From Bacteroidota bacterium (GTDB lineage Bacteria; Bacteroidota; Bacteroidia; Palsa-948), in contig JACRAL010000037.1 in assembly GCA_016213435.1 (NCBI GenBank), positions 19,503 to 83,502 of the forward strand: 64,000 nt of DNA, read 5' to 3'. Below, one piece after another: positions 47,225-56,681 of the stretch (its first letter is position 1; each line of letters begins with the position of its first letter). The notes under the pieces are model-generated. The model worked only from the letters and a program-made list of their open reading frames with translations. It did no database searches and was not told the origin of the DNA. The position numbers and the translations under genes are program-made.

Positions 47225-48334
47225 TTATTCGGTTATCAAACCACCTTTCACTTCTAAATATTTTATCTCAGTTCCTGTTCTTTTAAAAAGTTTCTGAATT
47301 TTTTCTTTGTTTGTATCCGTAATAAATACCTGTCCGAAATCTTTTCCACTCACAAGTTCAATAAGATGTTTCACGCGCTGCTCATCTAATTTATCGTGAA
47401 TATCATCCAGCATTAGAATGGGGATTATTTTCCGGTGTTGTTTTACAAATTCAAACTGGGCGAGCTTTACCGCAAGCAAATAGGATTTCTGTTGACCCTG
47501 TGATGCGAATTTCTTTACAGGAAAATTTCCCATTCTGAATTCCCAATCGTCCTTGTGCACTCCAACAGTGGAATATTCCATCACCTTGTCCTTTTCCTGC
47601 GCTTCATTCAGTAGCGCTTCAAAATCTCCTTTCCCTAATTGCGACTGATATGCGATCTCCACTTTTTCTTTTCCTCCGGAGATCAGTTCATAGTATTTTT
47701 GAAATATTGGTTCAAATTCTGTGGAAAATTCTTTTCGTTTTTTAAATATCTTGTTCCCAAGTTCGATCAGTTGAATATCCCATATTCTCAAGGATTCCGG
47801 ATCAAAGTTCCCTTTTTTAGAAAATTGTTTCAACTGGGCATTTCTCTGCATAAGAACCTTGGTGTAGGTAATGATGTCTTGAAGATATTGGCGGTCGTAT
47901 TGTGAGATGATGCTGTCGGAAAATTTTCTGCGTATTTCGCTTCCTTCTAGGATAAGTTCAATATCGGAAGGGGAAGCCATTACTACGGGAAATAAACCAA
48001 TGTGTTCGGAAAAGCGCGCGTATTCATTTTTATTCAACTTGAATTGTTTTCGCTCACCCTTTTTCTGCGCGCAGAATACTTCGTCTTGCTTATCTCCCAC
48101 ACTGAATGCTCCCTGTATTATAAATAGGAGTGCATCGTGAGAAATATTTTGGGAATCTATCGGGTTGAAATAGCTTTTCGTGAATGACAAATAGTGAATT
48201 GCGTCCAGCAGATTGGTTTTACCTTCGCCATTATCGCCCGTAATGCAGTTGAAACGATGGGAAAAAGTCACATCTGCATGAGTGTAATTTTTAAAATTTA
48301 CCAGCGAAAGCTTATGAAGAACCAGTTGTTCCAT
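47225..48334 (-). CDS. recF: DNA replication/repair protein RecF
   Basis: LSLVNFKNY...GDNGEGKTNLLDAIHYL and LMLDDIHDKLD. Confidence 0.9.
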   Translation of the reverse strand: MEQLVLHKLSLVNFKNYTHADVTFSHRFNCITGDNGEGKTNLLDAIHYLSFTKSYFNPIDSQNISHDALLFIIQGAFSVGDKQDEVFCAQKKGERKQFKLNKNEYARFSEHIGLFPVVMASPSDIELILEGSEIRRKFSDSIISQYDRQYLQDIITYTKVLMQRNAQLKQFSKKGNFDPESLRIWDIQLIELGNKIFKKRKEFSTEFEPIFQKYYELISGGKEKVEIAYQSQLGKGDFEALLNEAQEKDKVMEYSTVGVHKDDWEFRMGNFPVKKFASQGQQKSYLLAVKLAQFEFVKQHRKIIPILMLDDIHDKLDEQRVKHLIELVSGKDFGQVFITDTNKEKIQKLFKRTGTEIKYLEVKGGLITE

Positions 48335-48485
48335 GTGGCGAAATTACAAAAGATAGATGGTGCGAATCACGAAAGAAAACGAATTAATGCCGAAGGCATT
48401 TCTTCGGGACGAAAAACAGCCAAAACAATCTATATACAATTCGAATATTCGTTTTCATTCGCTATTCGTACAAAGAAAATAATTT

Positions 48486-48493
48486 TATCTTTG
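48486..48493 (+). promoter_or_regulatory. -7 promoter box TATCTTTG
   Basis: It lies about 20 nt upstream of the ATG at 48513. Confidence 0.45.
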
Positions 48494-48512
48494 CCATCCT
48501 TATATAAAAAAC

Positions 48513-49196
48513 ATGTCAGAACAAAAAGAAGAGCCGATAGTTGATGTGCAGGAAACCATCAGCAAAGCGGAAAGGTATATTGAAGAAAACAAGAAAAGTT
48601 TATCTATTATTGCGGGGGCAGTAATAATTCTTGTAGGTGGGTATTTCGCCTGGACAAAACTATACCTCGCTCCTCTTGAAGAGGAAGCCCAAGGACAAAT
48701 GTTTGTGGCGGAAAGATATTTTGAAAAAGATTCTCTTGATAAAGCGATCAACGGTGACGGGCAGTTTTTTGGCTTTAAAGATATTATAGAAAATTACGGA
48801 CTCACTTCCTCTGGAAATCTGGCGCATATGTATCTTGGCCTTTGCTACTTGCATAAAGGACAGTTTGAAGATGCTGTGAAAGAGCTGAAAGAATACGATG
48901 GAGAGGACATGATGCTGGGACCTATTTCTATAGGTGCTATTGGCGATGCCTATTCAGAACTTGGAAAAACAGATGATGCCATTGATCAGTACATGAAAGC
49001 ATCTTCAGAAAATAAAAACAATTTCACCACTCCTATTTACCTGATGAAAGCAGCCACTCTCTACGAAACACAGGGGAAATACAAAGATGCTGTGAAAATA
49101 TATGAGCAGTTAAAAACTGATTTCTCCGAATCTCGTGAAGGACGGGAAGTGGAGAAATACATTTCTCTTGCAAAGGAAAAAGGCGGAATCGAGTAA
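48513..49196 (+). CDS. TPR protein with an N-terminal TM helix (YfgM-like)
   Basis: 227 aa with a TM helix followed by TPR-like repeats. Confidence 0.6.
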   Translation: MSEQKEEPIVDVQETISKAERYIEENKKSLSIIAGAVIILVGGYFAWTKLYLAPLEEEAQGQMFVAERYFEKDSLDKAINGDGQFFGFKDIIENYGLTSSGNLAHMYLGLCYLHKGQFEDAVKELKEYDGEDMMLGPISIGAIGDAYSELGKTDDAIDQYMKASSENKNNFTTPIYLMKAATLYETQGKYKDAVKIYEQLKTDFSESREGREVEKYISLAKEKGGIE

Positions 49197-49210
49197 GTTA
49201 ATCTTGCGGC

Positions 49211-49675
49211 ATGTCTTCTTCCGAAAAAAACTCCTCGTTAAATTACAAAGTCAAACTTGTATTTCCTGATTCAATAAAAATTGGCGTTGTTGTCTCCGAG
49301 TGGCATCCTGAAATTACCGAGGCATTGTATCAGGGAGCAGAAAAAATTCTTCTTGAAAACGGAATTAAAAAGGAAAACATTATTCGAAAAAATGTTCCCG
49401 GCAGTTTTGAATTACCCATTGGAGCTCAATCATTAACCGAAAAGACAAAAGCAGTAATTTGTTTGGGTTGTGTGATCAAAGGAGAAACTGATCATTACAA
49501 TTACATTTGCGAAGCAGTTTCAAAAGGAATTATGGATGTTGCTCTTGCAAATAAAAAACCTGTTGCGTTTGGAGTTCTCACCACCGATAATTTAGAACAA
49601 GCGATGAACCGGGCAGGAGGGAAGTTTGGCAACAAAGGTGCTGATGCTGCCTATACAGTGCTGAAGATGTTGTAG
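49211..49675 (+). CDS. ribH: 6,7-dimethyl-8-ribityllumazine synthase
   Basis: 154 aa; ..VVSEWHPEITEALYQGA...VPGSFELP...CLGCVIKGETDHY. Confidence 0.9.
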   Translation: MSSSEKNSSLNYKVKLVFPDSIKIGVVVSEWHPEITEALYQGAEKILLENGIKKENIIRKNVPGSFELPIGAQSLTEKTKAVICLGCVIKGETDHYNYICEAVSKGIMDVALANKKPVAFGVLTTDNLEQAMNRAGGKFGNKGADAAYTVLKML

Positions 49676-49701
49676 CGTATGCAAACACTTATAGGGAGAA
49701 C

Positions 49702-50847
49702 TTATATTTTATCAAGTGCATTATCAATATCGGCAATTAACTCCTCAGGATTTTCAAGCCCGATATATAACCTTACCATATTCCATGGAAGCGTATAGGG
49801 AGCTTTGCCGGCACAAATAGGAAATATCAGCGACTCATGACCTCCCCATGAAACAGCCAGCAAAAAACACTTTAAACTATTGCAAAAGGTTTCGATGTCT
49901 TCAACTGATTTTGCTTTGATTAAAACAGTAAGCAAGCCGCTGCCTTGCTTCATTTGTTTTTTTGCCAAAGAGAGTTGTTCGTTTTTTGAAGCGAAGGGAT
50001 AAAAAACTTTTTCAATTTTCGGATGCTTTTCCAGATGGTTCACCACTTTCTGCGCAGATTCTGCCGATCTGTTCACCCGTAATTCCAGTGTTCGGATTCC
50101 TCTCAACATCAGCCATGCATCGTGTGGAGAGATGATGGCGCCAAGGGTCATGAATTCCTTTGAAAATATTTCATGGATCCTCTCCTTTGAACTGCAGATC
50201 ACTCCCGCAACCAGATCGCTGTGGCCGCCAAAATATTTACTCCCCGAATAAACCACGATATCAATTCCAAGCGCCAGCGGCTTTTGATTCAAGGGGGTAG
50301 AATAGCTATTGTCGATCATCGTGGTGATGCCATGCTTCTTGGCAATTTTAGAAATCGCTTCAAGGTCTTGTAGTTCCAGCGTAAAGGTGTTGGGACTTTC
50401 TAAAACAATAAGTTTTGTATTGGGCAGAATTGCTTTTTCAAAATTTTCCGTATGGGTGCCGTCCACCATTGTAGTCGTAACATTATAATTTACGAGGTAA
50501 TCATTTAAAAGAGCAGTGGTCCATGAATAAGGTTTGTTCACGCAAATAACATGATCGCCTCCTTTTACACACGACATCACCGCGCTTGCTATGGCGGCAG
50601 ATCCGCTGGCAAACACCAAGGCATCATCTGCTCCTTCAAGTGCTGCAAGTTTCTTTCTTAAAATAGTAACTGTGGGATTACAGCCGCGGCTGTAAATAGG
50701 CATTTTGGATTCATTTTCAATTGCCAGACGAAAGGAGTTGACATCTTTAAAACAGAAATTAGAACTTTGAATGATAGGAGGCGCAACGGCATTAAAATAG
50801 TGTTCGCGATCTTCACCCAGATGGTTCAGTATGTAAGATATGTCCAT
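49702..50847 (-). CDS. Cys/Met-metabolism PLP enzyme (cystathionine gamma-synthase/lyase family)
   Basis: 381 aa; SGSKYFGGHSDLVAG PLP-lysine region. Confidence 0.85.
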   Translation of the reverse strand: MDISYILNHLGEDREHYFNAVAPPIIQSSNFCFKDVNSFRLAIENESKMPIYSRGCNPTVTILRKKLAALEGADDALVFASGSAAIASAVMSCVKGGDHVICVNKPYSWTTALLNDYLVNYNVTTTMVDGTHTENFEKAILPNTKLIVLESPNTFTLELQDLEAISKIAKKHGITTMIDNSYSTPLNQKPLALGIDIVVYSGSKYFGGHSDLVAGVICSSKERIHEIFSKEFMTLGAIISPHDAWLMLRGIRTLELRVNRSAESAQKVVNHLEKHPKIEKVFYPFASKNEQLSLAKKQMKQGSGLLTVLIKAKSVEDIETFCNSLKCFLLAVSWGGHESLIFPICAGKAPYTLPWNMVRLYIGLENPEELIADIDNALDKI

Positions 50848-50863
50848 AGAAAAAAATTGAGCT

Positions 50864-50871
50864 CAAAGATA
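50864..50871 (-). promoter_or_regulatory. -7 promoter box TATCTTTG (minus strand)
   Basis: It lies 16 nt upstream of the ATG at 50847. Confidence 0.4.
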
Positions 50872-51106
50872 ATTACTTTCCTTGCTTTGTAAGATGAAGT
50901 TTTCTCTATTGTGAATAGCCTTGACCTAAAGATCGTGAAGAAGATGTGTTGAAAAAAAGTAAGCAGTATTTCTATGAAATAAAAAAAATGTATATATTCG
51001 TCTCGGTGTTTAGTAAGATTATATATAATTAATGGAATGAGTAAGTGTGTCGAGTCGGTCAAGAGTATATATTAAAACTAATAACTATAATCTAATCCTA
51101 ATAAAA

Positions 51107-52648
51107 ATGAAAACCATAAATCAAATGATGAAGCAAACTAAGGGTGTCGCTTATTGCCTTGGCACAGTTGTGCTGTTATTAACGGCTGCTATAAATAACA
51201 ATAGCCGCGGCAATGCTGTAGCCATTTCCGCATTAGCAGTAAATCAAACCGGAGCAACAGGAGGAACCATCACTTTCTCAATTACATGGGACAACAGTTG
51301 GAGAGACCTGGTAAACCCGCCCTACAACTGGGATGCCGTCTGGGTGTTTGTTAAGTTCAGAGCTTGTGCCAGCGGTCCCACCGTTGCGTTTACACACGGA
51401 ACCATAAATACCACCTTAGCCAATCACAACTTTGATGTGAATACAAATGGCGCACAAGTAGAACCTACCACCAGGGATGGTTTAACCATACCCGGCATTG
51501 ATGCAGCAACTAACAATACCGGATTAATGCTGCGCAGAACCAGTGATGGTATAGGAACGGTTACTGAGCAAATTACCATAACCGTAGATAACCTGCCCGA
51601 TAATACTATCCCTATTGATACCCGTGTGTTTGCTGCCGAAATGGTTTATGTTACAGGAGGAGCTGTAGGAGGATTTCACTATGTAGGAGATGGAAGCGGA
51701 GCATCCTCTTCAACGGGGTCAATCACGACTGGTGGTGGCAATAATACAGCAGTAACTATACCCAATGAAAATGCTATTACTGTATATTGTAATAGTGTTT
51801 TTGGAGGTCCTGCCCGCGCTTTAACTGCCAGTTTCCCAAAAGGATATAATCCTTTTTATGTGATGAAATATGAAATTACCCAGGGACAATACACTGATTT
51901 TTTAAATACATTATCTAGTGCTCAAGGTGTTACCCGCTATCCCGGTTCTGCAGGTGTTAACAGGCATACCATTACCAATACAGGTGTTGCCCCACAGGTA
52001 TATACCTGCACCAGAAATGACAGGGCTTGCAATGTATTGAGCTGGGCTGATGAAAGTGCCTATTTGGATTGGGCGGCATTAAGGCCGCTTACCGAAATGG
52101 AATACGAAAAAGCAGGAAGGGGATTTTTAGGAAAGACACTTAATGAATATGCATGGGCAACAATTACTCCAACATACCCTGCTGCTGCCGGAATTTCAGG
52201 TGCAGAAAATGGAACAGAAACCATTACTACAGCCAATGCAAATGTTTGTTGTAATAATGTCAATTTTACATCAGGTGATAACGGGCAAGGTCCATTGCGA
52301 GTAGGAATTTTTGCCAAAGCAACCACTACTACTCGTTTACAAACAGGAGCCAGTTATTTTGGGGTAATGGAGATGACAGGCAATGTGGAGGAATATTATA
52401 TAGGTATCTATGCGGGTATTGCCGGTCAAGTAAGCAATGCTGGAGTATTACTGGGAGATGGAAGTTTAACTGCAGCAGGAGAACATAATGTTGCTTCTTG
52501 GCCCGCGTATAATGTTACAGCAGGTGCTGTTACTGCTACTGTCATTCGAAGAGGAGGAGCATGGAATGTTATAAGATATTTGTCTTATAGAGACTATTTA
52601 TCCAGTGTAAGCAGAGATGCTAATTCAGGCGGCAGAGGAGGCAGGTAA
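51107..52648 (+). CDS. Secreted protein with a C-terminal FGE-sulfatase/SUMF1-type domain
   Basis: I prefer the start MKTINQMMKQ.. with a signal peptide. YVMKYEITQGQYTDFLN, LSWADESAYLDWAALRPLTEMEYEKAGRG and RGGAW are present. Confidence 0.7.
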   Translation: MKTINQMMKQTKGVAYCLGTVVLLLTAAINNNSRGNAVAISALAVNQTGATGGTITFSITWDNSWRDLVNPPYNWDAVWVFVKFRACASGPTVAFTHGTINTTLANHNFDVNTNGAQVEPTTRDGLTIPGIDAATNNTGLMLRRTSDGIGTVTEQITITVDNLPDNTIPIDTRVFAAEMVYVTGGAVGGFHYVGDGSGASSSTGSITTGGGNNTAVTIPNENAITVYCNSVFGGPARALTASFPKGYNPFYVMKYEITQGQYTDFLNTLSSAQGVTRYPGSAGVNRHTITNTGVAPQVYTCTRNDRACNVLSWADESAYLDWAALRPLTEMEYEKAGRGFLGKTLNEYAWATITPTYPAAAGISGAENGTETITTANANVCCNNVNFTSGDNGQGPLRVGIFAKATTTTRLQTGASYFGVMEMTGNVEEYYIGIYAGIAGQVSNAGVLLGDGSLTAAGEHNVASWPAYNVTAGAVTATVIRRGGAWNVIRYLSYRDYLSSVSRDANSGGRGGR

Positions 52649-52686
52649 AATAGCCGAACCATGCTTAAAAGGGATTACTAGATAGT

Positions 52687-53085
52687 GGAACTGAGTTATT
52701 GAATCGTGGAACTCATTTATTGGATAGTGGAATTGAGTTATTGAATCGTGGAACTCACTTATTGGATAGTGGAACTGAGTTATTGAATTGCGGAACTCAC
52801 TTATTAGGTAGTGGAATTGAGTTATTGAATTGTGGAACTGAGTTATTGAATCGTGGAACTCATTTATTGGATAGTGGAACTGAGTTATTGAATTGCGGAA
52901 CTGAGTTATTGAATCGTGGAACTCACTTATTAGATAGTGGAACTGAGTTATTGAATCGTGGAACTCACTTATTAGATAGTGGAACTGAGTTATTGAATCG
53001 TGGAACTCACTTAATGGATAGTGGAACTGAGTTATTGAATCGTGGAATTCATTTATTGGATAGTGGAACTGAGTTATTGGATTCA
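52687..53085. repeat. 19 tandem copies of a 21-bp unit in two subtypes (A GGAACTGAGTTATTGAATCGT, B GGAACTCACTTATTGGATAGT)
   Basis: I counted the units one by one. The order is ABABABAABAABABABABA, and a partial B-like unit precedes at about 52668. Confidence 0.95.
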
Positions 53086-53270
53086 AACCACCCATCTCAA
53101 TAGTGAAAAATAGAGAATAAACGCAATAGATCGCAAAATCATGAGAATACGCATCCCTCAGAACGCAGCAGAACTCATCCTGCTTAGCCAAAACTTAAGT
53201 TTCATGATAAATTCAACGCAATAATTAACTCAATTAACGGAATCAACTCTTCAAAAGGACCAACGAATTA

Positions 53271-54344
53271 ATGAAAGCAACCACAAACAAGCCCCGGCTA
53301 ACCTCCACAAAATGGAGGAAAGTCAATTTATTACGCTTGGTACTTTGTACAATGCTCTCCATAGGATGCTTGGGTGTGGATTTGTTTGCCCAAAACTTGG
53401 CAGGTGGTTCTTACGATGGAGGTAACATGGCTCAGGTTTCTCCCTGTGCCGCCACTGTGTATACCAATATCTACATAGGCGGCTCTTATGATGGAGACAA
53501 TATGGCACAAGTTTCTCCCTGTGCCGCCACCGTGTACACCAATATATTCACAGGCGGCTCTTATGACGGAGAGAACATGGCACAGGTTTCTCCCTGTGCG
53601 CCAACGGTATACACTAACATCTACACAGGCGGTTCCTATGATGGAGAGAATATGGTACAGGTTTCTCCCTGTGCGCCAACGGTATACACCAATTTATTTA
53701 AAGGAGGAACCTGCGGAGGGAGTTTTGTAAGTGTTACAACCTGTACCGGGGAAACATGGACATATCCTACCTGTGCCACTATTCCATTGCCTGTAGAATT
53801 GCTCTCATTTACTGCCAGTCTTACGGATAAGGAAACGGTTTTATTGGAATGGACTACTTCTACAGAAATCAACAATGACTATTTTGCCATAGAAAAAACA
53901 AAAGACGGAATACACTATGAAGAAATTGGAAGAATAAATGGGGCAGGTAATTCAAACAAGAACGAATATTATTCCATGCTGGATGAAAGTCCTTATCCCG
54001 GACAATCCTATTACCGCCTCAGGCAGGTAGATTTTAACGGAGCATTTACTTACTCCCCGATACGAGAAATATATATTGGCACGCTCGAGATTATTTCCAT
54101 CTATCCAAATCCATCTACAGACGGAAGCATACAATACATAGTAACCAGCGAAGCAGGCGGAGAGCTAACTGTAAAAGTATATGATGTGTTGGGAAGAGAA
54201 GCGCTGAGCAAGACAGAAACGTTGCAAGGCGGTGTTACCACAACAAAAAAGTTAAGTACAGCAACACTCAGCAGCGGAAGTTACCTGCTGTGGATAATTA
54301 ACGGAAATCTCGAAAAGACACAGAAGCAATTTGTGATAGAATAG
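53271..54344 (+). CDS. Secreted repeat protein with a T9SS type A (Por_Secre_tail) sorting domain
   Basis: A signal peptide is followed by 4 x 29-aa GGSYDGxNMAQVSPCAxTVYTNIxx repeats (53403-53750). Next comes an LEWTT...YYRLRQVDFNG module, then a C-terminal IYPNPS...VKVYDVLGRE... Confidence 0.85.
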   Translation: MKATTNKPRLTSTKWRKVNLLRLVLCTMLSIGCLGVDLFAQNLAGGSYDGGNMAQVSPCAATVYTNIYIGGSYDGDNMAQVSPCAATVYTNIFTGGSYDGENMAQVSPCAPTVYTNIYTGGSYDGENMVQVSPCAPTVYTNLFKGGTCGGSFVSVTTCTGETWTYPTCATIPLPVELLSFTASLTDKETVLLEWTTSTEINNDYFAIEKTKDGIHYEEIGRINGAGNSNKNEYYSMLDESPYPGQSYYRLRQVDFNGAFTYSPIREIYIGTLEIISIYPNPSTDGSIQYIVTSEAGGELTVKVYDVLGREALSKTETLQGGVTTTKKLSTATLSSGSYLLWIINGNLEKTQKQFVIE

Positions 54345-54406
54345 AGATGAACCACGTCAAGACCCTAACCCCAAAATAAGGCACAGTGTTCTTTCCTGCC
54401 AAAGAG

Positions 54407-54414
54407 TATCTTTG
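54407..54414 (+). promoter_or_regulatory. -7 promoter box TATCTTTG
   Basis: It lies 26 nt upstream of the start at 54440. Confidence 0.45.
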
Positions 54415-54439
54415 TTTTTTTTAACTCAAACAATGTATA

Positions 54440-55588
54440 GTGAAATTTTCAGAATTCAATCTTGACGCGCAATTAATGGAAGGACTTGCTTCCATGGGTT
54501 TTGAAACCCCAACTCCCATTCAGGAACAAACCATTCCCATCATTCAGCAAGGAAAAGACCTGATCGCCTGTGCGCAAACGGGAACAGGAAAAACAGCTGC
54601 CTATCTTCTGCCTATCTTAACTAAGCTTGCTGCACATCCTTCTCCCAGTGTGGACACGCTCATTATTTCTCCCACGCGCGAACTCGCTTTGCAGATTGAC
54701 CGTGCGCTGGAAGGATTTGCCTATTTCACTTCGGTAAGTTCCATTGCTATTTACGGAGGAAATGACGGCAGTTCTTTCGAAAGGGAAAAAACTGCACTGA
54801 CCACCGGAGCGAATATCATCATTGCAACACCCGGCAGACTGATGTCGCACCTCAATATGGGCTATGTGAAATTCGATAAGCTCAAGCATTTAATTCTGGA
54901 TGAAGCAGATCGCATGTTGGATATGGGTTTTTATGATGACATCATGAAGATCATAAAATATCTTCCAACGAAAAGACAAACTTTGCTTTTCTCGGCAACC
55001 ATGCCTCCGAGAATCCGCGAGATGGCGAAAAAGAATCTTGTTAATCCTGTGCAGGTGAATATTGCTCTCTCCAAACCTGCAGAAGGAATTATGCAGGCGG
55101 CATACATGGTTTACGATAATCAGAAAAATAAATTGATCGTTGATCTGCTGAAAGGAAAGAACTTGCAAAGCGTTCTTATTTTTTCTGCCACAAAAGTGAA
55201 TGTAAAAAATCTGGAGCGGGAACTTTACCAGTTGAAATTATCTGTCAAGGCGATTCATTCCGATTTGGAACAGAAGGAGCGCGAAGAAGTGTTGCGTGAT
55301 TTCACCAGCCGTAAAACACAAGTCTTAGTAGCAACCGATATTCTTGCCCGTGGAATTGATATTGAAGGAATTGATCTCGTTATCAATTACGATGTGCCCC
55401 GCGATTCAGAAGATTACGTTCATCGCATAGGAAGAACTGCCCGCGCGCAAAGCACGGGTGTTGCCATCACTTTCATCAATGAAAAAGACCAGCGCAGTTT
55501 TAAAAAGATAGAAGATTTTATCGGAAAAGAAATTTTCAAAACTCCTTTGCCACCACACTTGGGCAAAGGTCCGGAGTACAGACCATGA
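54440..55588 (+). CDS. DEAD-box RNA helicase
   Basis: AQTGTGKT, DEAD, SAT, HRIGRTAR. Confidence 0.9.
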   Translation: MKFSEFNLDAQLMEGLASMGFETPTPIQEQTIPIIQQGKDLIACAQTGTGKTAAYLLPILTKLAAHPSPSVDTLIISPTRELALQIDRALEGFAYFTSVSSIAIYGGNDGSSFEREKTALTTGANIIIATPGRLMSHLNMGYVKFDKLKHLILDEADRMLDMGFYDDIMKIIKYLPTKRQTLLFSATMPPRIREMAKKNLVNPVQVNIALSKPAEGIMQAAYMVYDNQKNKLIVDLLKGKNLQSVLIFSATKVNVKNLERELYQLKLSVKAIHSDLEQKEREEVLRDFTSRKTQVLVATDILARGIDIEGIDLVINYDVPRDSEDYVHRIGRTARAQSTGVAITFINEKDQRSFKKIEDFIGKEIFKTPLPPHLGKGPEYRP

Positions 55589-55598
55589 AAATTATTTC

Positions 55599-55658
55599 GC
55601 CCTAAATCCCTAAAGGGACTTTGAAGTACAGCAAGGTTTTCTCCCTTTAGGGTCGGGG
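55599..55658. repeat. Degenerate GCH-like hairpin pair, intergenic
   Basis: gccctaaatccctaaagggac ... ctccctttagggtcgggg. Confidence 0.5.
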
Positions 55659-55665
55659 TAAATTA

Positions 55666-56640
55666 ATGCAAGACACTTTACAAATAAATACTGATAAAAG
55701 TTTATTTCCCTGGCAGCACAGCCGGAGATACAATGCCTATCCCAATTATTCCAAGCGAGTTCACGGAGACAGAGTTCAAAAAGTAGCGCTCGATGTGGGT
55801 TTCACCTGCCCGAACCGCGATGGAACAAAAGGTTTTGGCGGATGTACATATTGTAATAATGACAGTTTTAATCCTTCTTACTGCAATCCGCTTTTGCCTT
55901 TGCACACCCAGATTGATGAGGGAATTAAATTTTTGCAGCACAGGTATAAAACAAAAAAATATGTGGGCTATCTGCAGGCGTATTCTAATACTTACAAGCC
56001 ATTAGCTGAGTTGAAAAAAATATACGAGGAGATATTATTGCATCCGCAGATAACCGGATTGGTCATTGGCACACGGGCGGATTGCGTGGATGATGAAAAG
56101 TTGGATTACATAGAAAGTCTCTCAAAGAATTACGACATCACCATTGAATATGGAATAGAAAGCTGCTACAACAAAACCTTGGCTTTGCTGAACCGCTGCG
56201 AAACTTATGAAGAAGCAGAAGCTTCCATTCGCAAAACTGCAGAGCGCGGAATTAAAGTATGCGGACATTTAATTTTCGGTTTGCCCGGAGAAACAAGAGC
56301 AGAAATGCTGGAAGAAGCAAAGATCATTTCGGCATTGCCGCTTGATTTTATAAAACTCCACCAACTGCATATTGTAAAAGGAACAGTGATGGCGAGCCAG
56401 TATAAACATAATCCTGAACTGTTCACGTTATTTTCTCTCGAAGAATATCTGGACTTTATTGTTTCCTTCCTTGAGTTATTGAATCCTAAAATTGTGGTGG
56501 AGCGTTTATTTGGCGAAGCACCGCCAAAAATAATGGCAGGTCCCACTTGGGGCGGTTTGCGCAATGATCAGGTGTTGCAACTCATAGAAGATAATCTTGA
56601 GAAACGGAATACTTGGCAGGGGAGGATTTATGGCGCTTAA
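55666..56640 (+). CDS. TIGR01212-family radical SAM protein
   Basis: FTCPNRDGTKGFGGCTYCNN. Confidence 0.85.
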   Translation: MQDTLQINTDKSLFPWQHSRRYNAYPNYSKRVHGDRVQKVALDVGFTCPNRDGTKGFGGCTYCNNDSFNPSYCNPLLPLHTQIDEGIKFLQHRYKTKKYVGYLQAYSNTYKPLAELKKIYEEILLHPQITGLVIGTRADCVDDEKLDYIESLSKNYDITIEYGIESCYNKTLALLNRCETYEEAEASIRKTAERGIKVCGHLIFGLPGETRAEMLEEAKIISALPLDFIKLHQLHIVKGTVMASQYKHNPELFTLFSLEEYLDFIVSFLELLNPKIVVERLFGEAPPKIMAGPTWGGLRNDQVLQLIEDNLEKRNTWQGRIYGA

Positions 56641-56681
56641 TCGTTATTTATAATTCGAGAACAATGGTCATTGAGATTGAG

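Noticed and set aside
50848-51046. SAM or other riboswitch upstream of the Cys/Met PLP-enzyme gene
   Set aside because: I read the minus-strand leader and found none of the SAM-I/SAM-II core segments, only an AT-rich leader with a TATCTTTG box.
52687-53085. Possible CRISPR array
   Set aside because: The repeats are contiguous with no spacers, the units are only 21 bp, and there are no cas genes in the window.
52625-53191. 188-aa minus-strand ORF and 134-aa plus-strand ORF (52699-53103) running through the 21-bp array
   Set aside because: Both stay open only because the 21-mer lacks stops in one frame on each strand. The plus ORF has no unique N-terminus. The minus ORF has no signal or recognisable domain and overlaps the 3' end of the SUMF1-domain gene. 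I did not call either as a CDS, although translation cannot be excluded.
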